Assembly: GCA_028695445.1 (NCBI GenBank)
Contig: JAQVIV010000001.1
Location: 6,028-70,027 of the forward strand
Source: Candidatus Shapirobacteria bacterium
GTDB taxonomy: Bacteria > Patescibacteriota > Microgenomatia > 0-14-0-10-38-17
Length of the DNA stretch: 64,000 nucleotides
Direction of reading: 5' to 3'
Positions 56,053 through 64,000 of this stretch are shown piece after piece (position 1 is the stretch's first letter; each line of letters opens with the position of its first letter). The notes beneath the pieces were generated by a model. It made no database searches and was not told the DNA's origin. It saw nothing but the letters and a program-made list of their open reading frames with translations. Both the position numbers and the translations under genes were made by a program.

Positions 56053-57321
56053 CTAACACCTTCCTCTTTTCACCTTAAGGGTGTAAGACGGGGAAGTGGA
56101 AAGAGCGATAGCCATTACCACTCCCAAAAGCAAAAAATTTTGTTGTAGTGTTAGCCAATAATGATCAAAAAATCCTAAAAAAATGATCACCAAAAATAAC
56201 TGGCGCCAATAACGGCCAACTAAAAACCACCACCTGGTCAGCCAATAAACAAGCCAGAATAATCCCAACAGGCCGGCTTCAGCCAAAATCAACAAAAAAA
56301 GATTATGAACCGGTTGATAAAAATTAAGACCGGCTCGAGAGAAACCTAATTGGCCCTGGGCCGGAATAAAGCTTCCCAAACCCCAACCCAAAAGTGGTCG
56401 CTCCATAAACAGCTGTCCAGCATTTCTAGTTAAAAAAAGCCGCTCACGAATTGACAATTCTTCAATTAAACCAAAGTGGCCAACAAGAAAAACAAAAACC
56501 CCAAAAAACAAGCCGGCCAAAACCAAACCCAAAAAACGATTGCTAAAATTTTTGACCAAATAGGCCAAGCCCAGCAAAAAGATTACCAGCCAAACGGCTC
56601 CTGAAAAAGTAATCACTAACACGGTCGACATCAGCGCCAAACCAAAATAAAAAAAAATCCCCAGCTTTTTGGCTAAAAACGGTTTGAAAAACCAAAAAAT
56701 AATTAAAGCAATCAACATGAAACCTGCCAAACTGTTGGGGTGAGAAAAAACGGCCATCGGCCGAACGAACAAACGACCAAAGAGACTCATTTTGGCCACC
56801 CCCAAAGTGCTGGAATTAAAAAAACGCTCACCGACCCACCAAAAGATGCCCTGAACAGAACCTTGAAGCAAGAACTGGCCCCAAGCTAAAAAAACCGTTA
56901 AGGTAAGACTAAAAAACAACGGTATTAATAAACCAGGAGAGAAATTAACGGAAAAGTAACCAATTAAGAAAGCCAACTGGCACCATTTTAGAGCTCGATA
57001 ACCAGACAAGGCGGGTAAAAAAGAAAACAGCAGGTTAATAGCAAAAAAAACCATTGTTCCCCCGATCAACCAAAACCAGGCCTTGTTTTCCCTAAAGGAC
57101 AAAGAATGGGGCAATCTGAAAAAATCAAAAAACCAAACCAACGCCAACGCCAGCAAAATAAGATCAGTTAAGAAAATAACCGGTGATAAAAAATCAATTT
57201 TTATCCCCCAAAAGTAAGACCAGGCGGGCCAAAAGAAATAACCTAATTGGGTGGGCAAAAAAAAGAAGAACAGTCCGGCAGGAATTTTTTTTATCTTACT
57301 TAAAGTAATAGGGGTTAACAC
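56053..57321 (-). CDS. O-antigen ligase (Wzy_C) family protein
   Basis: HPNSLAG, TFS, R, G.GLGSF, PVHNLFLL..AE.G. Confidence 0.85.
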   Translation of the reverse strand: MLTPITLSKIKKIPAGLFFFFLPTQLGYFFWPAWSYFWGIKIDFLSPVIFLTDLILLALALVWFFDFFRLPHSLSFRENKAWFWLIGGTMVFFAINLLFSFLPALSGYRALKWCQLAFLIGYFSVNFSPGLLIPLFFSLTLTVFLAWGQFLLQGSVQGIFWWVGERFFNSSTLGVAKMSLFGRLFVRPMAVFSHPNSLAGFMLIALIIFWFFKPFLAKKLGIFFYFGLALMSTVLVITFSGAVWLVIFLLGLAYLVKNFSNRFLGLVLAGLFFGVFVFLVGHFGLIEELSIRERLFLTRNAGQLFMERPLLGWGLGSFIPAQGQLGFSRAGLNFYQPVHNLFLLILAEAGLLGLFWLVYWLTRWWFLVGRYWRQLFLVIIFLGFFDHYWLTLQQNFLLLGVVMAIALSTSPSYTLKVKRGRC

Positions 57322-57354
57322 CTTCGCCTTACTATTAAAAACTCAAATCAATTC

Positions 57355-57816
57355 TTATTTGAGACTTATAATTAACTGACGGCCGCGACCTTCGCCCTCA
57401 GAATGGGTTTTAACATCGGAATCATCCTTAAAGAATAGGTGAACCTGGCGCCTTTCTCTGGAAGAAAGATTGGCAATGGCAATTGATTGACCGGTAGCTT
57501 TGGCTTGATCAAGAGCCCGACGAGCCATTTCTTCAACCTGAGCTTGACGTTTTTGACGATAACCGTCAACATCAATAATAATATGAAACCACTGACCGGT
57601 TTTTTTAAAAACCATTAGGCCCAAAATGGTCTGAAGAGCCGATAGGTTTTGACCATGATAACCAACCAGAAGGGCATTATCAGCCTCAGAGGACAGCTCA
57701 ACCAAAATGGCGGCTTCTTCTTCGCCGGGACCAATTTTAGCCTGAGCTAAAACACCCAAATTTTCCATTAATTCCTTCAGGGTTTTATCAATAATGGTTA
57801 GAATTTTTTTATCCAT
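57355..57816 (-). CDS. jag: Jag/KhpB-like KH-R3H RNA-binding protein
   Basis: LVGYHG.NL.ALQ, DVDGYR, ERRQVH, SEGEG; downstream of yidC. Confidence 0.88.
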   Translation of the reverse strand: MDKKILTIIDKTLKELMENLGVLAQAKIGPGEEEAAILVELSSEADNALLVGYHGQNLSALQTILGLMVFKKTGQWFHIIIDVDGYRQKRQAQVEEMARRALDQAKATGQSIAIANLSSRERRQVHLFFKDDSDVKTHSEGEGRGRQLIISLK

Positions 57817-58582
57817 GCTTCACCTGCCTTTTGCTGGCTGTCAAATCGGTATTTCTTTTAATGATATATTGTTGAACTAGGCCGGCCAAAGAAAAAACAA
57901 ACCAATAGAGGGTTAGGCCAGAAGGAAAACGAAAACCAATAATAATGGTCATTAGGGGCATTAAAAAAGTCATCTGTTTCTGCATCGACACCATCATGTC
58001 ATCACCCTTTGAGGGGGTTTTTTGAGCACTAACTTTGGCCCCTTTAATGGTGGGAGACGATAGCCGGGCAGTTAAAATTTGAGCCACAGCCGACAAAGCC
58101 AAAAAGACCCCAGGCAAACGACCGGCGATGACGTCAGGACTGGTTAAATCAAGATACCAAAAGGAAAAATTGATTCCCCCTGGGGGTAGAGAGATCCCAG
58201 AATAGAGCATTTTGGCCAACTGATCGATTGACTCGGGATTAAGTACTCGATTAAAAACTTGAAATAAGGCCAGCAGGATTACCAACTGGATAATGGAAGG
58301 TAAACAACCAGCGGCCGGATTAACACCCTCAGATCGATAAAGAGCCATCTGGGCCTGGGCCAACTTTTCCTTGTCACCTTCATGTTTTTTCTTTAATTTT
58401 TCTAATTTCGGCGCCAACTGTTTCATTTTTTCACCCGATTTTAAACTCGGAATCATAACCGGAATCAGAAGAATTTTAATAAGCAGGGTAATAACAATTA
58501 TCCCCCAGCCTAAAGAACCAAAAATATTAGTGAATATAACTAGCAAATTAGCTAATGGCTGGATAAAAATTGTTTCGAACAT
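57809..58582 (-). CDS. yidC: Membrane protein insertase YidC
   Basis: GWGII..TL, NP.AGCLP, DL..PD, PSGL.LYW. Confidence 0.93.
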   Translation of the reverse strand: MFETIFIQPLANLLVIFTNIFGSLGWGIIVITLLIKILLIPVMIPSLKSGEKMKQLAPKLEKLKKKHEGDKEKLAQAQMALYRSEGVNPAAGCLPSIIQLVILLALFQVFNRVLNPESIDQLAKMLYSGISLPPGGINFSFWYLDLTSPDVIAGRLPGVFLALSAVAQILTARLSSPTIKGAKVSAQKTPSKGDDMMVSMQKQMTFLMPLMTIIIGFRFPSGLTLYWFVFSLAGLVQQYIIKRNTDLTASKRQVKHG

Positions 58583-58680
58583 AATTAAAAACTCAAAACT
58601 TAAAGTTCAAAGCTCAAAACCAAAACTAAAAACCTTTAAGCCAAAAATTTTTTGACATTTATGCTTTGATTTTGAGTTTA
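58583..58680. repeat. Empty inverted heptamer element (TCAAAAC / TTTTGAG) between yidD and yidC
   Basis: aaactcaaaacttaaagttcaaagctcaaaaccaaaact ... tttgacatttatgctttgattttgagttt. Confidence 0.75.
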
Positions 58681-58701
58681 AAAGACCCTTTTTGGGGGTT
58701 T

Positions 58702-58905
58702 TTAAGGTAAATCCACTCCTCCCTTACTAAAAGGATGGCAGCGAAAAACACGCCCCAATCCCATCAAACTGCCCTGTAGTATACCATGATCGCAAATTGC
58801 CTGATAACAGTATTCCGAACAAGAAGGAATAAATCGGCAGGGTCGACCCCAAAGGGCCGGCAGAGCCTGATAACAACGAATAATTTTAAGAATCAGCTTT
58901 TTCAT
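58702..58905 (-). CDS. yidD: Membrane protein insertion efficiency factor YidD
   Basis: CRFIPSCSEY, RCHPF..GG.D.P. Confidence 0.95.
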   Translation of the reverse strand: MKKLILKIIRCYQALPALWGRPCRFIPSCSEYCYQAICDHGILQGSLMGLGRVFRCHPFSKGGVDLP

Positions 58906-59251
58906 CTTCGGTCAACAAGCCAACTTTATTAAAAGAGTCTCGAACCACCTCAGACAAAACTTCTTTGCCTTGGTCCAAAGCGGCTCTCTTAACTAAAAAA
59001 ACCGCCCAAAAACCACTCTTTAAATCAGTCATAATTTCACGAACCGATCCGGCAATTAAGCGTTTGGTTTTGTTTCTAATAGTGGCCTTTTTACTGACTC
59101 TTTTAGAGAGAACAAAAGCAAATTGACTGGCGGTTCTTCGCCCGGAAAGATAAACCAAAGTAAAAAACGGTGTTTGAAAGTAACGTCCGCCGCCCTTAAC
59201 TTGCTCAATCCTTTTTTTAGGCAATCGGTGCTTCTTAGTTAGCATAGCCAT
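58886..59251 (-). CDS. rnpA: Ribonuclease P protein component
   Basis: SKRVSKKATIRNKTKR motif; rpmH-yidD context. Confidence 0.92.
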   Translation of the reverse strand: MAMLTKKHRLPKKRIEQVKGGGRYFQTPFFTLVYLSGRRTASQFAFVLSKRVSKKATIRNKTKRLIAGSVREIMTDLKSGFWAVFLVKRAALDQGKEVLSEVVRDSFNKVGLLTEDEKADS

Positions 59252-59279
59252 AGCGCTTCTTTTCCTTAAAAAGGGGTTT

Positions 59280-59426
59280 TTAAGAAGAAACTGTTAATTT
59301 GCTCCGTCCCTTTTTCCGTCGTCTCTTTAAGGTTTTCCGGCCAGAAACACTGCTGATTCTCTTTAAAAAACCATGTTTTCTAACTCGACGCTTCTTTTTC
59401 GGCTGGTAAGTTCTTTTTGTCGCCAT
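59280..59426 (-). CDS. rpmH: 50S ribosomal protein L34 (48 aa, not in the ORF track)
   Basis: [48 protein letters not shown]. Confidence 0.97.
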   Translation of the reverse strand: MATKRTYQPKKKRRVRKHGFLKRISSVSGRKTLKRRRKKGRSKLTVSS

Positions 59427-59479
59427 ACCTTTTTCCAGTTTATACCACAGTTAAGGCTAAGACACAAGCAGGGTTCCTT

Positions 59480-60631
59480 CTAAAAACGACTTGCCCGACG
59501 AGCAAAGCTGGAAAAGTTCCCTCTTTTAATTGCCTGACGAATATCTTTCATCAGAGAGGCATAAAAGGTTAAATTGTGAATCGTTGCCAAGCGGAAAGCT
59601 AGGGGTTGGCCAACGGAAAAAAGATGTCTTAAATAGGCTCGAGAATAATTTTGACAGGCCAAGCAAGAACAACCAGCCTCAATCGGTCTAAAATCGGCGG
59701 CAAATTCTTTTTTGCGAAGATTAAGTCGTCCTTGACGAGTAAAAAGGCTGGCATGACGAGCATTACGAGTGGGAATAACGCAATCAAACAAATCAACCCC
59801 CTCAGAAACAGCTCTTAAAATTTCTTTCGGATAGCCAATTCCCAGCATATAGCGAGGTTTATCTTCGGGTAGGTGAGCCACTGAGTGGCCAATAACCTCA
59901 TGAAGCTTGGTTTTCTCTAAGCCAACCGCCACGCCGCCAAGAGCATAACCATCAAAACCAATGGCTACCGTTTCTTTAGCGCTTTTGGCTAGCAAATCAG
60001 GAAATATACCGCCCTGAACGATGCCAAAAAGCAGTCGGTCTTTCGTGGTATTTAATTTTAAAAACTGCGCCTTGGAACGAGCCGCCCAACGAACGGTTAA
60101 GGGCACTGATCGCTCAAAATAAGTTCGAGGCGCCGTAGCCGGAACGCTTTCATCCAAGGTCAACAAAATATCTGATCCCATTTGATACTGCATCCTAATC
60201 GACTCCTCTGGGGTTAACACTTTTCTGGCCCCATCAAGATGAGAATTAAAAAAAGCGCCTCTTTCCCTAATCTTGCCCCCCAACCTGCCTTTATGAATTA
60301 ATGAATACACTTGAAAACCGCCCGAATCAGTCACGATTGGCCCCGGCCAATTCATAAACTTATGCAAACCTCCAGCCTGAGAAATTATTTCAGACCCTGG
60401 CCGTAACCATAAATGATAAAGATTACCCAAAACAATTTGAATACCGGTAGCGGCCACCTCCTGGGCAGTTAAATGTTTTACCGAAGCTAGGGTGGCGTCA
60501 GGAATAAAAGCCGGGGTATCAATCTTACCGCAAGCAGTGCTTAAACAGCCCGCTCTGGCCCTAGACTTACTATCTTTTCCCAGGATAGAAAAATAAAAAA
60601 TCGGCCCAGGTACCGGAGTTTTTTGTTCCAT
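59480..60631 (-). CDS. tgt: tRNA-guanine transglycosylase
   Basis: TPAF, TDSGGFQV, GIVQGG, DKPRY, DLFDCV.PTR, CxCxxC...HN; start uncertain (track 60685). Confidence 0.95.
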   Translation of the reverse strand: MEQKTPVPGPIFYFSILGKDSKSRARAGCLSTACGKIDTPAFIPDATLASVKHLTAQEVAATGIQIVLGNLYHLWLRPGSEIISQAGGLHKFMNWPGPIVTDSGGFQVYSLIHKGRLGGKIRERGAFFNSHLDGARKVLTPEESIRMQYQMGSDILLTLDESVPATAPRTYFERSVPLTVRWAARSKAQFLKLNTTKDRLLFGIVQGGIFPDLLAKSAKETVAIGFDGYALGGVAVGLEKTKLHEVIGHSVAHLPEDKPRYMLGIGYPKEILRAVSEGVDLFDCVIPTRNARHASLFTRQGRLNLRKKEFAADFRPIEAGCSCLACQNYSRAYLRHLFSVGQPLAFRLATIHNLTFYASLMKDIRQAIKRGNFSSFARRASRF

Positions 60632-60716
60632 TTTAACGGACTTCGTCCGACCATTACCACACTTCATTCTCAATTTAAAAATCAATAATTTTGTCTTTGT
60701 AAAATAAGAAGGAACA

Positions 60717-61250
60717 TCACTGGCTTTTCGAAGATTTACTTTCCTGAAGAACTGACCTTTTTAACAAATTTTCAATTCCGGTTAATTTATTAATTCCGCC
60801 TCGATAGTCAAAGGGAGAATTTTGACAAATTGCCCAAACATGACCTCTAAGCATCGTCTTTAGGGTTTTTTGCCAGCCGCCAGCCGCCGTTCCTTTGGCC
60901 TCGGTAGTTAAAAACCCGACCTGCTCTTCCAAAAGAGAACGTCTCTCTTCAAGCGGATAATTCTCTCTTGAGGAGGAACTGTTTCTTTCCGATTGAGTCT
61001 TGGCCGCCCAATCTAAGGCTATCACCGCCTGATCCAAAAAATCAGAGCCAATTTCTTCTTCTCTGGCTTCCATTTCCAGCAGTCGGACATAGGCGCTGGC
61101 CAATAATTCCTCCGTCGGTCGGGGGTTGTTGGGCAATAAAAAACCACCCGGCCGAGACAAGGCCTGACCATTTTTCGTTTGGGGTCGGAAAAACTCTTGA
61201 GCCTGATAAAGCTCCCAGGCACCAGTAAAAATATCCTTGCCTTTAATCAT
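60717..61250 (-). CDS. Hypothetical protein
   Basis: 177-aa ORF with TATAAT 7 nt upstream of the ATG; no motif recognised. Confidence 0.55.
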   Translation of the reverse strand: MIKGKDIFTGAWELYQAQEFFRPQTKNGQALSRPGGFLLPNNPRPTEELLASAYVRLLEMEAREEEIGSDFLDQAVIALDWAAKTQSERNSSSSRENYPLEERRSLLEEQVGFLTTEAKGTAAGGWQKTLKTMLRGHVWAICQNSPFDYRGGINKLTGIENLLKRSVLQESKSSKSQ

Positions 61251-61332
61251 AGCCTGTATTATACCCTTATTATATCTTAAAAATCACACTTATCCTCTTG
61301 AAGTGGCCAAGGCAATAATCTATTATTAGAAA

Positions 61333-62760
61333 ATGCCAGTGTTTGAATCAAAAGAAAAAAGCCCAAAGCCAAAAATCTTCAACCCAAAAAGAAGGTGGCC
61401 CATTAACCCAGTAATCTTTTTGGCTGTTATTATTACTGCTTTGGTTTTGGGCGGCCTAGGGGGCTATTATTTCCAAACCAAAAACCAATTCCAGCAATCG
61501 GCTATTTTAGGCGAAGAAAGCAATCCCTACTTAGTCTTTACCAGTGAAATTTATGACAAAATTAAAGAAAACCACTGGAAAAAAATCAGCGATGAAGATT
61601 TGGTCTCTCTATTCTTTCTGGCGACTGAAAAACTAACTGGCCAACCCCAAAACCCCAAAGAAAAAAACCGCCAAAGCCTGTTAGTTTCCTTAAGAGAAAT
61701 CTTAAAACAAATTGATGATCAGGAAACAAAAGAAGAATTTATCATCCAGCTTAATAATTTAGTTTTAAATAATCTAGAGCCGTTTGGACGCAGTCATCTT
61801 TATAGTCAAGCCGAAGAACAAGAGCTAAACGACATTGTTCGCAACGTAGCCGACCAAGATCACTACCAGATGTTGGGAATCGACCAAAAAGCCTCTCAAG
61901 AAAAGATTGCCCAGGTCTATCAAAGCCAGATTCAAGAACTGGCCCAAGACAACACTCCCCAGGCCCAAGAAAAACTTGACCAAATTAATCGAGCCTATGA
62001 AATATTAAAAGACGAAGAAGCCCGCCAGATTTACGATGTTTCAGGAATAGAGCCAACCATGAGTTATCGGTTAATCAATAACAGTATTTTTCATATTCAT
62101 TTAAAAAAATTCTCTCCTACCACGTTCGATGAATTACAAAGAATAACCCAAAAAGTCCAAGACCAGCCCGGAGTTGATACTCTGATTTTTGATCTTCGTG
62201 ATAATATCGGTGGCGCCATTGATGGTCTACCCTATTTTCTCGGCCCCTTTATCGGTCAGGATCAATATGCTTACCAATTTTTTCACCAAGACGAAAAGAG
62301 CGATTACAAAACTCGAACCGGCTGGCTGCCCAGTCTAGTTCAATATAAAAAAGTGGTAATTTTAATTAATGAAAATTCCCAAAGCTCGGCCGAAGTGATG
62401 GCTTCAGTTTTAAAAAAATATAATGTTGGTGTCTTGGTGGGCAACACTACCCGCGGTTGGGGAACAGTAGAAAAAGTCTTCAAGCTCGACAACCAAATTA
62501 ACCAAAACCAAACCTATTCCGCCTTTCTTGTTCATAGCCTCACTCTAAGAGAAGATGGTCAGCCTATCGAAGGCTTGGGGGTTGATCCCCACGTTTTTAT
62601 TGCCCAAAATAATTGGCAAAAAGAACTCTACTCTTATCTGCCCGACCAAAATATTATCGGCGTGGTAGCTAATTTATTTTCTGAGGATAAAAATAGTTTA
62701 ATTAACGAGTCTCAAGGCCAAGAGGCAGCCGAAAAATCCCAACCAGAAACAACACAGTAA
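61333..62760 (+). CDS. S41 (CtpA-like) peptidase with an internal J-domain-like insert
   Basis: TM; DHYQMLGI...INRAYEILKD...R..YD; DLRDN.GG, S.SSAE, GNTTRGWG, G..IEG.GVDP. Confidence 0.8.
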   Translation: MPVFESKEKSPKPKIFNPKRRWPINPVIFLAVIITALVLGGLGGYYFQTKNQFQQSAILGEESNPYLVFTSEIYDKIKENHWKKISDEDLVSLFFLATEKLTGQPQNPKEKNRQSLLVSLREILKQIDDQETKEEFIIQLNNLVLNNLEPFGRSHLYSQAEEQELNDIVRNVADQDHYQMLGIDQKASQEKIAQVYQSQIQELAQDNTPQAQEKLDQINRAYEILKDEEARQIYDVSGIEPTMSYRLINNSIFHIHLKKFSPTTFDELQRITQKVQDQPGVDTLIFDLRDNIGGAIDGLPYFLGPFIGQDQYAYQFFHQDEKSDYKTRTGWLPSLVQYKKVVILINENSQSSAEVMASVLKKYNVGVLVGNTTRGWGTVEKVFKLDNQINQNQTYSAFLVHSLTLREDGQPIEGLGVDPHVFIAQNNWQKELYSYLPDQNIIGVVANLFSEDKNSLINESQGQEAAEKSQPETTQ

Positions 62761-62764
62761 GAAA

Positions 62765-63886
62765 CTAAATTAAAACTCTCCTGGTGATTGGAGCCAAACC
62801 AACCAAAAGGTCGTAAGGGATGGTTTTGGCCAGAGCCGATAAGCTAACCAGGTTGTTTTTGGCCTCCTGATTATCATCAATTACCACCACTTCCTGACCA
62901 ACCGCTGGGTTTTTAACATCAGACAAGTCAATCATGGCAATATTCATGCAAATATCGCCCACCAAAGGACAATATTGATCACCAACCAGAACTTTTCCCC
63001 GACCAGATAAGCGCCGATCAAGGCCATCATAATAGCCAATCGGCAAAACCCCCATCGTCATCTTCTTGGGGGCCCGAAACTGGCCGTTGTAACTGACAAT
63101 CTCGCCCCGGCTAACCGACTTAATCTGAGCAGTGTGGGTTATCAATTTCAGAGCCGGCCTAACAGCCGACGGGGCCGATCGAGAAGGAAAATAACCATAA
63201 AAGCCTAAACCTAATCGAATCAAATTAAACTCCGAATCTTTAACCGCCAAACCACCGGCGGTGGCAGCAATATGCTTCCAGGCAAAAGAAAAACCTGCCC
63301 GTTCAAACTGTTTAATAATTTTTTTAAAAAGTGTTACTTGCTTTTGGGTAAAGTTATCATTGCTATTGGCACAGGCCAAGTGAGAATAAATCCCGACTAT
63401 TTGGCTTTCCAGATGACGATCTTTTAAAAAAGTAATAAAGCGATTAACCTGGTTGGGTTTAATACCTAAGCGGTTCATGCCGGTGTCGATTTTAAGATGA
63501 AGCTTGGTTCGGGGCTGATAACGACCCAGGACCAGGGCCGTTTCTTGGTCAAAAACCGGTAAATGAAATTTTAACTTTTTTGGGTTTTTAAAATTCTCCG
63601 GCAAGGTATAACCAATCACCAAAATTGGTTTTCCCACTCCCGCTTTTTCTAGCTTCCAGGCCTCATACAAACTATCCACAGCTACGAAAGGAGCGGCAGA
63701 AAGCTTACGATCAACGAAGCGGCCAATCAACTCTAAACCATGACCATAGGCATTACTTTTCAAAACCGGGGCAATACCGGCCTGAGGATTTTCTTTTTGC
63801 CAAAAAGAAAAATTATCAATAAGAGCCTTAGAGTCAACAATAATTAGGTTTAGGGTCTGGTAAGAGTGGCGAAACAGTTTGAACAT
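62765..63886 (-). CDS. alr: Alanine racemase
   Basis: VLKSNAYGHG, HLKIDTGMNRLG, SHLA, GYYDG, TIPYD. Confidence 0.95.
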   Translation of the reverse strand: MFKLFRHSYQTLNLIIVDSKALIDNFSFWQKENPQAGIAPVLKSNAYGHGLELIGRFVDRKLSAAPFVAVDSLYEAWKLEKAGVGKPILVIGYTLPENFKNPKKLKFHLPVFDQETALVLGRYQPRTKLHLKIDTGMNRLGIKPNQVNRFITFLKDRHLESQIVGIYSHLACANSNDNFTQKQVTLFKKIIKQFERAGFSFAWKHIAATAGGLAVKDSEFNLIRLGLGFYGYFPSRSAPSAVRPALKLITHTAQIKSVSRGEIVSYNGQFRAPKKMTMGVLPIGYYDGLDRRLSGRGKVLVGDQYCPLVGDICMNIAMIDLSDVKNPAVGQEVVVIDDNQEAKNNLVSLSALAKTIPYDLLVGLAPITRRVLI

Positions 63887-64000
63887 TTTTGTCAATAATT
63901 AAATTATATCAATAGTGATCATGGTCGTTATCAAATCATGAAAAACCTTGAAATTTTGGTCTAATTTTGTTTATAATAAAGACTGAGAAGAGGGGCCAAC

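Noticed and set aside
59427-59479. oriC/dnaA expected next to rpmH
   Set aside because: Only a 53-bp spacer to tgt and no TTATCCACA cluster
54-63822. Many 60-100 aa ORFs in the track overlapping larger genes
   Set aside because: Shadow or alternate-frame ORFs with no motifs or translation signals

Overview
Chromosomal window of a low-GC, reduced-genome bacterium; gene content and style (leaderless promoters, orphan SBP, DUF4012, DUF2298, VirB4/VirD4-like ATPase, tRNA-Ile UAU) point to Patescibacteria/CPR, probably Microgenomates (inference). It holds about 55 mostly housekeeping genes: envelope glycosylation, peptidoglycan (murI, alr, FemAB-like, uppP, VanW, M23), DNA repair (pcrA, recF, mutM, xth, helicase-nuclease, rmuC), class III RNR, groESL, tsaD, AmmeMemoRadiSam, valS, rplY, the rpmH-rnpA-yidD-yidC-jag cluster, tgt, plus three tRNAs. 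The most interesting signals are non-coding. (1) A four-helix-bundle (IVS/Avd-like) gene sits in the loop of an inverted heptamer-repeat stem spanning the spacer between a duplicated tRNA-Met 3' end and a second tRNA-Met. (2) Inverted 7/8/9-bp tandem arrays fill many intergenic gaps, flank mutM and run into protein C-termini. (3) NrdD is split, with the glycyl-radical loop on a separate 49-aa ORF missed by the track. (4) There is a Thr/Ile-rich leader peptide with a terminator, a covarying tRNA-trailer hairpin, and several REP/MITE-like palindrome families. No CRISPR array, rRNA, transposase or prophage was seen. All family assignments come from motif recognition by eye, not from database searches.
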